Source: the human T2T-CHM13v2.0 reference genome, Homo sapiens. Taken from it: a stretch of DNA of 64,000 nucleotides. Made by a program: the position numbers and the translations under genes. The stretch lies in the NCBI RefSeq assembly GCF_009914755.1, contig NC_060932.1. One strand, 5' to 3'. Each line of letters starts with the position of its first letter. Within the stretch, counting starts at the first letter, position 1. Positions 63,560 to 64,000 of the stretch are shown here, one piece after another. The notes below the pieces were generated by a model, which saw only the letters and a list, made by a program, of their open reading frames with translations, was not told the origin of the DNA and did not search any database.

Positions 63560-64000
63560 TCAACTCTCCAATCTGCCTTCCACGCTCACCACTGCACTGA
63601 AACTGCTTTATCGATAATTTCCTACTTGCTGAATTGACGTGGCACTCTCCAATTCCCTATCTTACCTTTTCATGACAGGACACATTTCAAACATCTCTTA
63701 ACATCTCTGGTACCAGTTTTCTCTCTGGCTTAGTTTTCTTCCTAGCTGTCTGGCCACATTGCACAGGCTCCTCCTCCTTTCTCTTCCTCCTAGGGCACAT
63801 ATGAGTATATGGTCCACTGGCTCTGTCCTCCATCTTCTCCTCACTCTTGGAGTGACATCATCTACTTGCATGGCTTAAATTACCAATTTTTTGTTAATGA
63901 CTGTTCAGATCTGCATTTCTGGCCCCTTCATTGGCTCCAGATCAAAGTATGCATAATTGCTTACTGGACACATCCATTTATTATTCCACACACTCTGAAT
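63560..64000 (+). mobile_element. L2 LINE fragment
   Basis: ccactgcactgaaactgct; gtgacatcatctacttgcatggcttaaattacca; ttgcttactggaca. Confidence 0.7.

Overview
Primate (almost certainly human) genomic DNA holding the 3' end of PSD3 (EFA6R/EFA6D, an ARF6 GEF) on the minus strand. Four coding exons splice in frame with GT-AG ends (56612-56455, 53999-53855, 37905-37762, 17510-17295). They encode the C-terminal half of the PH domain, the coiled coil and the tail. An ~8.4-kb 3'UTR, in which I recognised no transposon, ends at an AATAAA near 8870. The introns and downstream flank are a dense mosaic of Alu, L1, L2, CR1/L3, MIR, ERV1/MaLR solo LTRs and hAT/Tigger DNA transposons. Most ORFs in the supplied track are repeat-derived or chance. 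I cannot demonstrate a new biological system. The best leads are: (1) a 303-nt two-exon unit between inverted Alus that would be a stop-free ORF if circularised; (2) a well-formed intronic poly(A) site that would give PSD3 an alternative C-terminus; (3) a twin-primed, 5'-inverted L1PA2-like insertion; (4) a small direct-inverted-direct triplication at the junction of a truncated Alu; (5) a rearranged L1MA with two 5' ends. Gene identity and repeat subfamilies come from my recall of the sequences, not from a database search.
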